From NCBI GenBank assembly GCA_963747235.1, contig CAVVEU010000011.1:18513-82512 (forward strand): DNA of 64,000 nucleotides, written 5' to 3'. The DNA comes from an uncultured Candidatus Rokubacteria bacterium. GTDB lineage: Bacteria; Methylomirabilota; Methylomirabilia; Rokubacteriales; CSP1-6. The notes under the pieces were generated by a model. The model worked only from the letters and a program-made list of their open reading frames with translations. It did no database searches and was not told where the DNA came from. The position numbers and the translations under genes were made by a program. Positions within the stretch are counted from its first letter, which is position 1; each line of letters begins with the position of its first letter. This document shows, in pieces, positions 39,027 through 48,920 of this stretch.

Positions 39027-39425
39027 ATGCGACTGACGAAGGCACAGGCGAAGTTGATCCAGTGGGAGCGCGTGGCGCGCGTCGCCACGGTGGGCGCGGC
39101 GGGGGTGCCGCACCTCGTGCCGGTCTGCCAGATCCTCCTCGGCGGGAAGCTCTACTTCGCGTCGGGGAAGAAGGGACGCAAGGTGTTCAACCTCCGCGCC
39201 AATCCGAAGCTGGCCCTGACCGTGGATCTCTACTCGGACGACTGGGACCAGATCCAGGGGGTGATGGTGCAGGGCACCGCACGCGTGATCGAGCGGGGTC
39301 CGCGCTTCCGGAGCCTGCGCCGGCGCCTCTATGCAAAGTATCCGCAGTACCCGCGCGAGGCCGCGCTCGGCGAGTCCGACTCGGTGATCGTGGAGCTGAC
39401 GCCGACGCACGTCTTCTCCTGGTAA
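39027..39425 (+). CDS. Pyridoxamine 5'-phosphate oxidase family (PPOX-like) protein
   Basis: ARVATV...G.PHLVPV, KVFNLRANP, GVMVQG and KYPQY motifs. Confidence 0.85.
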   Translation: MRLTKAQAKLIQWERVARVATVGAAGVPHLVPVCQILLGGKLYFASGKKGRKVFNLRANPKLALTVDLYSDDWDQIQGVMVQGTARVIERGPRFRSLRRRLYAKYPQYPREAALGESDSVIVELTPTHVFSW

Positions 39426-39526
39426 TCCTTACACGCCGCCATGTAATTCCTCCCAGCCGCACCGTCGCGCGTGAGGGGCAAACGCCTCGCCAGCGCGCGA
39501 TTGCCTCCGCCGCGGCGCCGTCGCGG

Positions 39527-39541
39527 TGGCATGTGGGTTGC
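39527..39541 (+). promoter_or_regulatory. Candidate sigma54 (-24/-12) promoter
   Basis: TGGCATGTGGGTTGC matches TGGCACG-N4-TTGC with exact GG-to-GC spacing. Confidence 0.6.
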
Positions 39542-39595
39542 CCTGAACTTTCCCGCGAGTCACGGCGTTACACCCACGAAGCAAGGAGGCGGGAG

Positions 39596-39925
39596 ATGAG
39601 GACGGCGGTGAACAAGCGGATCACGGGTTTCGTCATGGTGCTGGCGCTGACGACGGCGCCGGTGGCGATGGCCCAGGACACCAAGGCCAGGCAGGGCGCG
39701 CAGCAGGTGGAGAGCGGCGCCAGGCAGATCGGCCAGGGCGTCCAGGACACCGCCCGGGGCATCGGCAAGACCGTGGTCGGCGGCGCCGAGACGGCGGGGG
39801 AGAAGATCAAGGAAGCGGGACGAGCGGCGGAGCCCGAGGCCGTGTCGGCCTGGACCAAGACCAAGGAAGGGGCCGTATCGTTCGGCCACGGCGTGAAGAA
39901 TTTCTTCACGAACCTGTTCGACTAA
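39596..39925 (+). CDS. Secreted hypothetical protein (LEA-like helical repeats)
   Basis: AGGAGG RBS, signal peptide ending AMA, Gly/Ala/Lys amphipathic repeats. Confidence 0.72.
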   Translation: MRTAVNKRITGFVMVLALTTAPVAMAQDTKARQGAQQVESGARQIGQGVQDTARGIGKTVVGGAETAGEKIKEAGRAAEPEAVSAWTKTKEGAVSFGHGVKNFFTNLFD

Positions 39926-39979
39926 CCAGCGGCAAACAGACCACAACCAAATCTCAACGTAGAGAGAGGAGTACTCGAT

Positions 39980-40273
39980 ATGAAGACGATTCGTGTGATG
40001 TCCCTGGTGGCGGCAACGGTGTTCGCGCTCGGCCTGGCCGGCTCGGCGGTGGCTCAGACCCCGGCCACGCCCGCCCCGGCGCCGGCGACTGCGCCCGCGC
40101 AGCCCACGCCTCCCGCGAAGGGCGGCGACATGCAGATGGAGAAGAAGGACAAGAAGGACGGCAAGGCGGCCGACAAGCAGCACGGCAAGAAGAAGCACGC
40201 GGCGGCCAAGAAGGCCGAGGGCGACGTGAAGGCGACGACTCCCGAGACGAAGGCGCCCGAAGTCAAGAAGTAG
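39980..40273 (+). CDS. Secreted low-complexity Pro/Ala/Lys-rich protein
   Basis: GAGGAG RBS, signal peptide ending AVA, disordered composition. Confidence 0.72.
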   Translation: MKTIRVMSLVAATVFALGLAGSAVAQTPATPAPAPATAPAQPTPPAKGGDMQMEKKDKKDGKAADKQHGKKKHAAAKKAEGDVKATTPETKAPEVKK

Positions 40274-40344
40274 GCCCGGAAGCAGAGTAAGCGGAGTGTC
40301 CAGCCGCGCGAGGGATCGCGCGTTCACATAGGCGCGGCGGCGCG

Positions 40345-40375
40345 GGGGGAGCACCCTCGCGCCGCCTGCTCCCCC
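40345..40375. terminator. Hairpin between convergent genes
   Basis: GGGGGAGCA...TGCTCCCCC stem, no U-tract. Confidence 0.4.
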
Positions 40376-41748
40376 TAGTCGCGCAGCTTCCCCTTCAGGA
40401 TCTTCCCCGTCGCGCTCTTCGGCAGCTCGCTCCACGATCGTGATCCGCCGCGGATACTTGTAGGCGGCCAGCCGCGCCCGACAGAACGCGATCAGCTCGT
40501 CCGGATCGGCCGCGGCGCGCGACCGCAACGTCACGAACGCGGCCACCTCCTCGCCCAGCTCGGCGTGCGCGATGCCCGACCACCGCCGCCTCGGCCACCG
40601 CCGGGTGGCCGAGCAGCGTCGCCTCGACCTCGCCGGGCACCACCGAGTAGCCGCCGCGCAGGATCAGCTCGCGCTTGCGCCCCACGATGCTCACGAAGCC
40701 CTCGGGCGAGATCGTGGCGAGATCGCCGGTCTTGAACCAGCCGTCCGTCGAGCACCGCGGCGGTCTCCTCGGGCGCGCGCAGGTAGCCGTCCATGGCCGC
40801 GGGCGAGCGGATCCACAGCTCGTCGGCCACCACGCGCAGCTCGACGCCGGGCACCGCGCGGCCGATCGAGTCCGGCAGATCGGTCGGCTCGTCGGCGAGG
40901 TAGGAGATCGGGCGGAAGAGCTCGGTCATCCCGTAGCCGCGCACGATGCGCACGCCGGTGCGCCGCCGCCACTCGCTGGCCAGCGCCCACGGGCAGGGCG
41001 CCGCGCCGGACAGCGCCAGGCGCAGGCTCGAGCAGGTCCGCGCCCGCCAGCGCGGGCGACTCGAGCATGCGCGCGAACATCGTGGCCACGCCGGGGAACA
41101 CCGTGACCCGGTGCCGGGCGATCGCTCGAGCGTCTCCTCGGGCGAGAAGCGCTCCTGCAGCACCACGGTGACGCCGGCCAGCAGCGGGGCCAGCAGCGCG
41201 CCGTTGAGGCCGAACGAGTGGGCGAGCGGCAGCGCGGCCAGCACGCGATCGTCCGGGGCGAGCGCCATCACCGGGCCGGCCCAGGATTCGTTGGCGACGG
41301 CGAGCGCGGCGTGGGAGAGGACGGCGCCCTTGGGCTGCCCGGTGCTGCCCGAGGTGTAGAGGATGATGCCGGGCGCGGCGGCGTCCGCGATCGTCGCCGT
41401 CGCGGCGCTCTCCTCGTCGGGCGCGTCGTCGACGACCGCCTTCGGGCCCGAGGTGGCCGAGGATCCGCTCGCGCTCGTCGGCGGCCAGCAGCGGGTTGAG
41501 CGGCGCCACCGTCGCGCCGAGCTTGAGGCCGCCCCAGAGCGCGGCGACGAGGCCCCAGCTGTTGGGCAGGAGCAGCGCGACGAGTCGCCCGCGCGCACGC
41601 CCCGGCGCGCGAGCCGCCGCGCCACGCCGGCCGCGCGCGCCTCGAGCTCGCGCCAGGAGAGCGCGCCGCCGTCCCAGACGAGCGCGGGGTGCTCGGGCCG
41701 CCGGCGCGCGGCGGCGTCGAGCAGCGCGGCGAAGTTGGTCGTCTCCAC
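40375..41748 (-). CDS. AMP-binding acyl-CoA ligase (multiple frameshifts)
   Basis: YTSGSTGQPKG, GYGMTE, WFKTGDL, GRKRELILRGG and KSATGKILK motifs spread over several frames. Confidence 0.88.
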
Positions 41749-41767
41749 GTGGGCGAGCCCGGGCGGC

Positions 41768-43127
41768 TCACTGCCAGCCCGAAGTCCTTCAGGTTGATGC
41801 GCTTCCACACCTCCGGCGGCACGCGGTGGCGCGGCGTGTAGCCGGCCAGCGAGGGCTTGGCCGTCGCGTCCACGCCCCACTTGGCGGAGTAGCCGTCCTC
41901 GCGGGACGAGGGATCGAGGTCCGAGCCGCGCGCGTTGGTGATGATCGTGATGTCGCGGTCGGGCTGGCAGCGGGTGGCGATGGCCCAGGTGACCTGGCGG
42001 TCGTCGAAGATGTCCACGTCCTCGTCCACCACCACCACGCGCTTCATGTAGAGGTCGGCGCCCAGCACGGAGAGGATGGCGTTCTTGGCCTGGCCGGGCA
42101 GCCGCTGCTCGATCGAGACGTAGCAGGTGAACGGCGCGGGCACGCGCACCGCCTTCACCGAGGGCACCATGGCGCGCACCGCGCGGTAGAGGTTGGCCTC
42201 CATCGGGATCGTGGAGAGCAGCATGTGGTCGAGGTGCGCCACCGTGATGTCCTGGAAGTAGGCGCCCGCGCGGTGGGTGATGGCCTTGACCTGCACCACC
42301 TCGCGCGCGCGCTCGCCCAGGCTGTAGCCGGTGAACTCGCCGAACGGGCCCTCGGGCGTCCGCGCGCCGGGCAGGATCTCCGCCTCGATGATCATCTCGG
42401 CGTGCGCGGGGACCAGCACGTCGGAGGTCTCGCACTTCACCAGCTCGAGCGGCTCGCGCAGGAGCGCGCCCATGATGGCGCGCTCGTCCTCGTCGATGGA
42501 GCCGATGGCGAGCGCGCCCAGCGCGATGGCCGGGTGCACGCCGATGGCGAAGGCCACCGGCAGCGGCTTGCCGAGCGACTCCGCGATGCGCTGGAACTCC
42601 CAGAGGTGCTTGCCCGCGGTCAGGTGGATCGAGGTGCGGTCGCGCCCCTGGATCATGAGGCGGTTGTAGGCGCAGTTCCACGTCTCGCTCGTCGGGTCCT
42701 TCGCGAACGAGATCGCGGCGGTGAGATAGGCGCCCGCGTCGCCCTCGTGGTGGAGGATCTGCGGCAGGTCGTAGAGATTGATGCGATCGCCGGTCAGCAC
42801 CACGTCCTTGCACGGGCCGGTCTTGACGACGCGCGGCGGGATGGGCTTGTCCATCGCGCGGAGATAGGTGGCCAGCATGTCCTCGGGCGCCGAGCCCATG
42901 GCGAGCGCCAGGCGCGAGCGGCTCGCGTGCAGGTTGGTCAGCACCGGGAACTGGGTGCCCTTCACGCGCTCGCAGATCAGGACCGGGCGCCGGCGCCCCT
43001 CGCGCTCGAGCTTCACCACCAGCGCGGTGATCTCGTAGGCCGGGTCCAGCTCCCGCGAGACGACCACCAGGTCCTCGGGCTTGCTGCGCTTGATCAGGTC
43101 GAGATATCCGGGAAGGCTCTGCGCCAT
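41768..43127 (-). CDS. UbiD family prFMN-dependent (de)carboxylase
   Basis: VPAHAEMIIE, EGPFGEFTGY, VVVDEDVD, WAIATR, DLDPS and DAT motifs. Confidence 0.9.
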
Positions 43128-43230
43128 GTCGCGCCTCTCTGGTTCAAACGGCGAAGCGAGGGTCGGAAACGCGCCGGTAGCATAGCATAGGGCTCCGATG
43201 CGGAAAGGCCGCGCCGCCGTCGCGCTCCTG

Positions 43231-43266
43231 CCCCTCACCCTGCCCTCTCCCCGAGGGCAGGGTGAG
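43231..43266. repeat. REP-like palindrome, copy 5
   Basis: CTCACCCTGCCCTC-TCCCC-GAGGGCAGGGTGAG, a 14-bp perfect stem. Confidence 0.75.
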
Positions 43267-43282
43267 AGGTAGGAGAAGACGC

Positions 43283-43945
43283 CTAGACCGGCCAGGTCTC
43301 CCGGCGCCAGCCCATGTCCCAGAACATCCACTCGTAGCGGCTGGTGGTGACGAAGTGGCGCCGCATCGTCTCGCGCTCGTGGTCGCGCAGGCCCTCGGCG
43401 AGCGCGTCGGTGCACGCGAGCACGTCGCGCACCACCGCGCCGAACTCCTCGGAGGCGTAGGTGCCGATCCAGCGCGTGTAGAGCGGGTCGCGCGAGCCCG
43501 CGCGCTCGAGATTCTTGCCCACCTCCCAGTAGATCCAGTAGCAGGGCAGGAGCGCGGCCACCGCCTCGTGGAAGGGCCCCGCGTGCGCGGTCGCGAGCAG
43601 GTACGAGGTGTAGGCGAGGTTCGTGGGCGCGAGCGGGGTGGCCGAGACCGCCTCCGGCGAGAGGCCGAAGTCCTTGAAGAAGGACTCGTGCAGCGTCTTC
43701 TCCACCTTGAGCGCGCCCGCCGCGTGCTCGGTGAACATGATGATCCAGTCCTCGCGGGGGGCGCGGGCGGCGGCCAGCGCCAGCGCGCGGGCGAAGTCGC
43801 GCAGGTAGAGCGCGTCCTGCACCGCGTAGAACTGGAAGGCCTCGCGCGGGAGCGAGCCGTCGGTGAGCCCGCGCAGGAACGGGTGCGCGAGGATCGTCGC
43901 GTAGATCGGCTCGATGCTGCGCCAGAGCGTGGTGGTGAACGGCAC
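43283..43945 (-). CDS. tenA: Thiaminase II / aminopyrimidine aminohydrolase
   Basis: HPF, QDALYL, catalytic LLPCYWIY, WIGTY and YEWMFWDM motifs. Confidence 0.9.
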   Translation of the reverse strand: MPFTTTLWRSIEPIYATILAHPFLRGLTDGSLPREAFQFYAVQDALYLRDFARALALAAARAPREDWIIMFTEHAAGALKVEKTLHESFFKDFGLSPEAVSATPLAPTNLAYTSYLLATAHAGPFHEAVAALLPCYWIYWEVGKNLERAGSRDPLYTRWIGTYASEEFGAVVRDVLACTDALAEGLRDHERETMRRHFVTTSRYEWMFWDMGWRRETWPV

Positions 43946-44002
43946 GCCGAGAGCATACTACGCGCCCGCCGGCCCGTGTCCGGGCGTGTATACTCGACGG
44001 CC

Positions 44003-44932
44003 ATGAACCATCACCTCGACGACGCGCAGATACACCAGGAGTGGAACAACGCGCTGCCCCCGCGGCTCGAGATCGAGCCGGGCGACACGGTCGTGTTCGA
44101 CTGCCGCGACGCGGCGAACCGCTACTACAGCCGCAACTCCACCCACGACGACGTGATGGGGCGCGGCCCCTTCCGGGGCCATCCGCTCACCGGGCCGGTG
44201 CGGGTCAAGGGCGCCCGGCCGGGGGACGTGCTGGTGGTCGAGCTCCTCGAGGTGAAGCCGGCCGAGTTCGGCTGGACCGCGATCCGCCCCGGCCGCGGAC
44301 TCCTGCCCGAGGCCGATTTCAGCAAGCCGTATCTCCAGATCTGGGACCTGTCCGACGGCCGCTTCGCGCGCGCGGGGAATCACATCGCGGTGCCGCTCGA
44401 TCCGTTCCCGGGGGTGATGGGGACGGCGCTCGACGAGCCGGGCGGCCACAGCACGATGCCGCCCCGCAAGAACGGCGGCAACATGGACATCAAGCAGCTC
44501 ACCGCCGGCTCCACCCTCTATCTCCCGGTGTGGATGGACGGCGCGCTGTTCAGCGTGGGCGACACCCACGGGATCCAGGGCGACGGGGAGGTCTGCGTCA
44601 CCGCGGTGGAGATGGGCGGCCGCGTCACCGCGCGCTTCGGCCTGCAGCCCGGCCGCGGGCTCGCCGAGCCGCAGCTCCGCACCACGCGCGCGCCCTCCGC
44701 GGCGGCGCCGGCGGGCTCGTGGTTCGCCACCACCGCGCACGGGCCCGATCTCTTCGCGGCCTCCCAGCAGGCGGTGCGCTACATGATCGACCACCTGGTC
44801 CGGGAGCGGGGCCTCTCGCGCGAGCAGGCCTACATCCTGTGCAGCGTGACGGTGGACCTCAAGATCAGCGAGATCGTGGACGCGCCCAACTGGATCGTCT
44901 CCGCGTTCCTGCCGGAGGGCGTCTTCGTCTGA
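44003..44932 (+). CDS. Acetamidase/formamidase family protein
   Basis: HPLTGPV, GGNMD, GDTH..QGDGEVC and AYILCS motifs. Confidence 0.9.
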   Translation: MNHHLDDAQIHQEWNNALPPRLEIEPGDTVVFDCRDAANRYYSRNSTHDDVMGRGPFRGHPLTGPVRVKGARPGDVLVVELLEVKPAEFGWTAIRPGRGLLPEADFSKPYLQIWDLSDGRFARAGNHIAVPLDPFPGVMGTALDEPGGHSTMPPRKNGGNMDIKQLTAGSTLYLPVWMDGALFSVGDTHGIQGDGEVCVTAVEMGGRVTARFGLQPGRGLAEPQLRTTRAPSAAAPAGSWFATTAHGPDLFAASQQAVRYMIDHLVRERGLSREQAYILCSVTVDLKISEIVDAPNWIVSAFLPEGVFV

Positions 44933-44970
44933 TTTGACGCGGCTGTGACAATCCGCGTCGGGACGAGCGC

Positions 44971-45807
44971 ATGCTGAAGCTTCCGATGAAGCCCTTCTTC
45001 GGCCGGGTCGTGCTGAACGACACCGCGGGCGCCGGCCGGGCGCGGCTCCGGCCGCGGCGGCCGAGAGCCTCCAGCGGGCGGTGCTCGGGGCCATCGCCGC
45101 GCACACGCGGGACGACGGGCGCCTCGACTACACGAAGCTGCGCGCGTCGTCCGAATGGAGCGAGGCGGTGGCCCGGGCGGGCGCGCTCCAGGGGCTGAGC
45201 CTCGGCGATCTCAACGGGCGGCAGTCCCGGCTGGCCTTCTGGATCAACGTCTACAACGCGCTCGTCTTCCACGCCATCGTGGCGCTCGGCATCCGGCGCA
45301 CGGTGTGGGAGATGCGCGGCTTCTACGGCCGCGTGTGCTATCGCATCGGCGGCTTCGTGCTGAGCGCGGACGACGTCGAGCACGGCATCCTGCGCGGCAA
45401 CGCGCGCCACGGGTGGCTGCGCCGCCGCCGCTTCGGCGCGCGCGACTCGCGCCTGGCCCTGGCGGTGTACCCGGTGGACCCGCGCATCCACTTCGCCATC
45501 ACCTGCGGCGCCCAGTCCTGCCCGCCGGTGGGCGCCTATCGGGCCGCGGCGCTGGACCAGCAGCTCGACCTCGCCGCGCGCAACTTCCTGAACCAGGCGG
45601 TGGCGGTGGACGGGCAGGGCCGCGTCACCTGCTCCCGGATCCTCGAGTGGTACGCGGAGGACTTCGAGGCCGCGGGCGGACTCGGCGCCCTTCCTGGCGC
45701 GCTACCTCGACGCGGGGCCGGCGCGCGACGCGGTCGCCGGGCGCGCGCGCCCGTGCGACGCCTACCGCCCGTACGACTGGGCGCTCCAGCACGAGCCCGC
45801 CGAATGA
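44971..45807 (+). CDS. DUF547 domain protein (frameshifts near 45050 and 45690)
   Basis: LAFWINVYNAL, EHGILR, DPRIHFAITCGAQSCP and C-terminal YDWAL motifs. Confidence 0.85.
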
Positions 45808-46701
45808 CGCGGCTGCCCGTCGCGACCGTGGGCACGCCCGCGGGCCGGGCGCCCCTCGCCCCGTTCGTCGGGCTCGCCACGCTCTGGGTGCAGATCACCG
45901 GGACGTGGTGCAACCTCGAGTGCCGCCACTGCATCAACGCGAGCGGTCCGAAGTCGCCCTGGCTCAAGCCGCTGGACGTCGCCACCATCGAGCGCGCCAT
46001 CCGCGACGCCGAGCGGGCCGGCGTGAAGGAGATCTACTTCACCGGCGGCGAGCCGTTCCTGCACGGCGAGATCCTGCCGCTGCTCGAGCTGGCGCTCGGC
46101 GCCGCGCCCACCACCGTGCTCACCAACGGCACGCTCATCGGGCCGGAGGTGGCCGACGCGCTCGCCGCCCTGGCCGCGCGGGCGCCGTACTCGCTCGAGC
46201 TGCGCGTGAGCCTCGACGATACGGACCGGGAGAAGAACGACCGCATCCGCGGCGAGGGCGCGTGGGCGAAGGCGGTGGAGGCGGTCCGGCTGCTGCGCGA
46301 GCGGGGCCTCCTGCCGATCGTGACCGCCACCGAGATCACGCGGGACGAGCACCCGGCGGGCTCCGGCATGTACGAGCGCTTTCGCGATTTCCTGCACGCG
46401 CAGGGCGTGGAGCGGCCGCGCGTGAAGATCATGCCGGTGTTCGGTCTCGGCCGGCAGCCGGCGGGCGCGGCGCGCGCCGCTCACCGAGGAGGATCTCGAG
46501 GGCTTCGACCGCGCGGTGCTGCAGTGCGCGGACGCGCGCGTGGTGGCCGCGGGCGGGGTCTACGCCTGCCCGATCCTGGCCGGGCTCGAGGGCGCGCGCC
46601 TCTCCACCGGCAGCCTGGAGGAGTCGTTTCAGCCCACGCCCCTCTACCACCCGGCGTGCGTGACGTGCCGCCAGACGGGGATGACATGTCGGAACAGCTA
46701 G
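45804..46701 (+). CDS. Radical SAM protein (frameshift near 46475)
   Basis: LWVQITGTWCNLECRHC (CX3CX2C), FTGGEPF, LTNG; Cys-rich C-terminus (LQC...CPIL...CVTC...C). Confidence 0.9.
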
Positions 46702-47487
46702 GCGAGTACCGGCGCATCGCGGTGTTCGGCGGCGTGTACAGCAACGCGCTCGCGCTCGAGGCGCTGCTCGCCGACGCGCGCGCGCCGCGACGTCGAGGCG
46801 GTGTTCTGCCTGGGCGACATGGGCGGCTTCGGCCCGCATCCGGACCGCGTGTTCCCGCTCCTGCGCGAGCACGGGGTCCTGGCGATCCAGGGCAACTATG
46901 ACGAATCGCTCGCCTCCGGGCGCACCGACTGCGGCTGCGGCTACACCGACCCGCGCGACAACCACTACGCGGCGATCAGCTACCACTACACGTTCGAGCG
47001 CACCTCGGCCGAGAACAAGACGTGGCTCGGCGCGCTGCCGCGCCACCGGCGGCTCAAGCTGGGGCCGCATCGCGTGCTGATGTGCCACGGCTCGCCGCGG
47101 GTGGTCAACGAGTTCCTGTGGGAGTCGGCCACCCCGAACGGCCTGCTGCGCCACCTGATGGAGCGCGCGGAGGCCGACGTGATGCTGTGCACGCACACCG
47201 GGATGAAGTGGCATCGCGCGCTGCCCGACGCCCGCCACGCGGTGAACGTGGGCGTGATCGGGCGGCCCGAGAACGACGGCCGCACCAATGTCTGGTACAC
47301 GGTGCTGACCGCGGGGCCCGATCTCCAGGTGGAGTTCGTGCCGCTCGCCTACGATCACGAGACGCTGGCCCGCGAGATGGACCGGGAGGGCCTGCCGCCC
47401 GAGTTCGCGGAGACGATCCGCACCGGCTGGTGGACCACCTGCCTCGAGAACCTGCCCGCCCGCGAGCGCGCCCGGGGCAAGTACTGA
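46686..47487 (+). CDS. Metallophosphoesterase-fold protein, Cys-rich and degenerate (frameshift near 46785)
   Basis: FGGVYSN, CLGD, GNYD, DCGCGY, CHGSP, THTG, NVG.IGRP and WWTTCLE motifs. Confidence 0.85.
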
Positions 47488-48173
47488 GCAAGCGGCTGCT
47501 GGTCGTCACGCTCCTCGCCCTGGCGCTGGCGGTGGTGCTCGTCCGGGTTCTCGGGCTCACCGACCTGATCCGGCTCGAGAACCTGGCCCGCCTGCGCGAG
47601 CGGATCGACGGGCTGGGCGCGTGGGCGCCGCTGGTCTTCATCCTGGGCTACGTGGTCGCGGTGGTCGCCTTCGTGCCCGCGCTGCCGCTCACCATCCTGG
47701 CCGGGCTGGCCTTCGGCACCGCGTGGGGCACGGTCTACGTGGCGATCGCGGCCACCACCGGCGCCTGCCTGTCCTTCCTGATCGCGCGCTACGCGGCCCG
47801 CGCGGCGGTCGCGCGCTGGATGGCCGGCTACCCGGCGCTCGAGCGCATGGACCGCGCGGTCGCGCGGCACGGCTTCCGCATCGTGATGATCACGCGGCTG
47901 GTGCCGATCTTCCCGTTCAACCTGCAGAACTACGCCTACGGGCTCACCTCCATCGGCTTCGGGTCGTACGCGGTGACCTCGTTCCTCTGCATGCTGCCGG
48001 GCACGCTGGCCTTCACCGCGGCGGCGGGGGCGGTGGTGGCGGGCGCCTGGGACGCCCGGCGCATGCTGCTCCTGCTGGCCCTGGCCGGCGTCCTGCTCGT
48101 CGCGCTCTCGCTGCTGCCGCGGTGGCTGCGCGGGCGCAGCGCCGCGCTCGACGACCTGCTGCACTCGAAATGA
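47484..48173 (+). CDS. TVP38/TMEM64 (DedA/VTT) family membrane protein
   Basis: LTILAGLAFG, SFLIARY, RLVPIFPFNLQNYAYG and LPGT motifs. Confidence 0.88.
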   Translation: MSKRLLVVTLLALALAVVLVRVLGLTDLIRLENLARLRERIDGLGAWAPLVFILGYVVAVVAFVPALPLTILAGLAFGTAWGTVYVAIAATTGACLSFLIARYAARAAVARWMAGYPALERMDRAVARHGFRIVMITRLVPIFPFNLQNYAYGLTSIGFGSYAVTSFLCMLPGTLAFTAAAGAVVAGAWDARRMLLLLALAGVLLVALSLLPRWLRGRSAALDDLLHSK

Positions 48174-48920
48174 CGGCGCCGCCCGCCGGCCTCGCGCGCC
48201 TGGGCGCCGCGCTGCTCGGGCTGCTCCTCGCGGTCGCCGCCGGCCAGGCGGCCGAGCCGCTGCGGCTCGGCGACTTCGCCCCACCCACGGATGCGGCGGC
48301 GCCGCCGCCGGGCTGGGAGCCGCTGACCTTCCCGCGGGTGCCGCGCCACACCCGGTACACGGTGGTGCTCGACGGCGAGCGGTGGGTGCTGCGCGCGGAC
48401 AGCGACGCGGCGGCCTCCGGCCTCTATCGCCCGCTCGATCTCGACCCCAAGGTCTACCGCCAGCTCTCCTGGCGCTGGAAGGTGGACCACGTGCTCGCGA
48501 AGTCGGACCCGCGTCGCAAGCAGGGCGACGACTATGCCGCGCGCGTGTACGTGGCCTTCCAGTACGATCCGGCCGGCGCCTCCGCTGTGGGAGCGCTCGC
48601 GCTTCGGCGCGTACCGGCTCGTCTACGGCCGCTACCCGCCCGGCCTCGCGCTCAACTACGTGTGGGAGAGCCGGCTGCCGGTGGGCACGGTGCTCGACAA
48701 CGCCTACACCGCGCGCGCGAAGATCGTGGTGGCGCGCAGCGGGGCCGCGGAGGCGGGGCGCTGGGTGACCGAGACCCGGGACATCTACGAGGACTATCGC
48801 CGGATCATGGGCGGGGAGCCGCCCCGCATCGTGGGCATCGCGCTGATGACCGACACCGACGACACCGGCGAGCGGGCCGTCGCCTACTTCGACGCGCTCA
48901 CGATCGGGCCGGGTCGATGA
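48170..48920 (+). CDS. DUF3047 domain secreted protein (frameshift near 48590)
   Basis: Signal peptide; ASGL, LSWRWKV, DDYAARVYV, LNYVW and MTDTDDTG...AYF motifs. Confidence 0.85.

Noticed and set aside
39470-39510. GGGCAAAC hairpin as a c-di-GMP-I riboswitch
   Set aside because: Lacks the GAAA tetraloop stem and the downstream GCAAAGC element
45081-46901. Apparent DUF547-radical SAM fusion (606-aa ORF)
   Set aside because: Produced by frameshifts; the real DUF547 end (YDWALQHEPAE*) overlaps the radical SAM ATG at 45804
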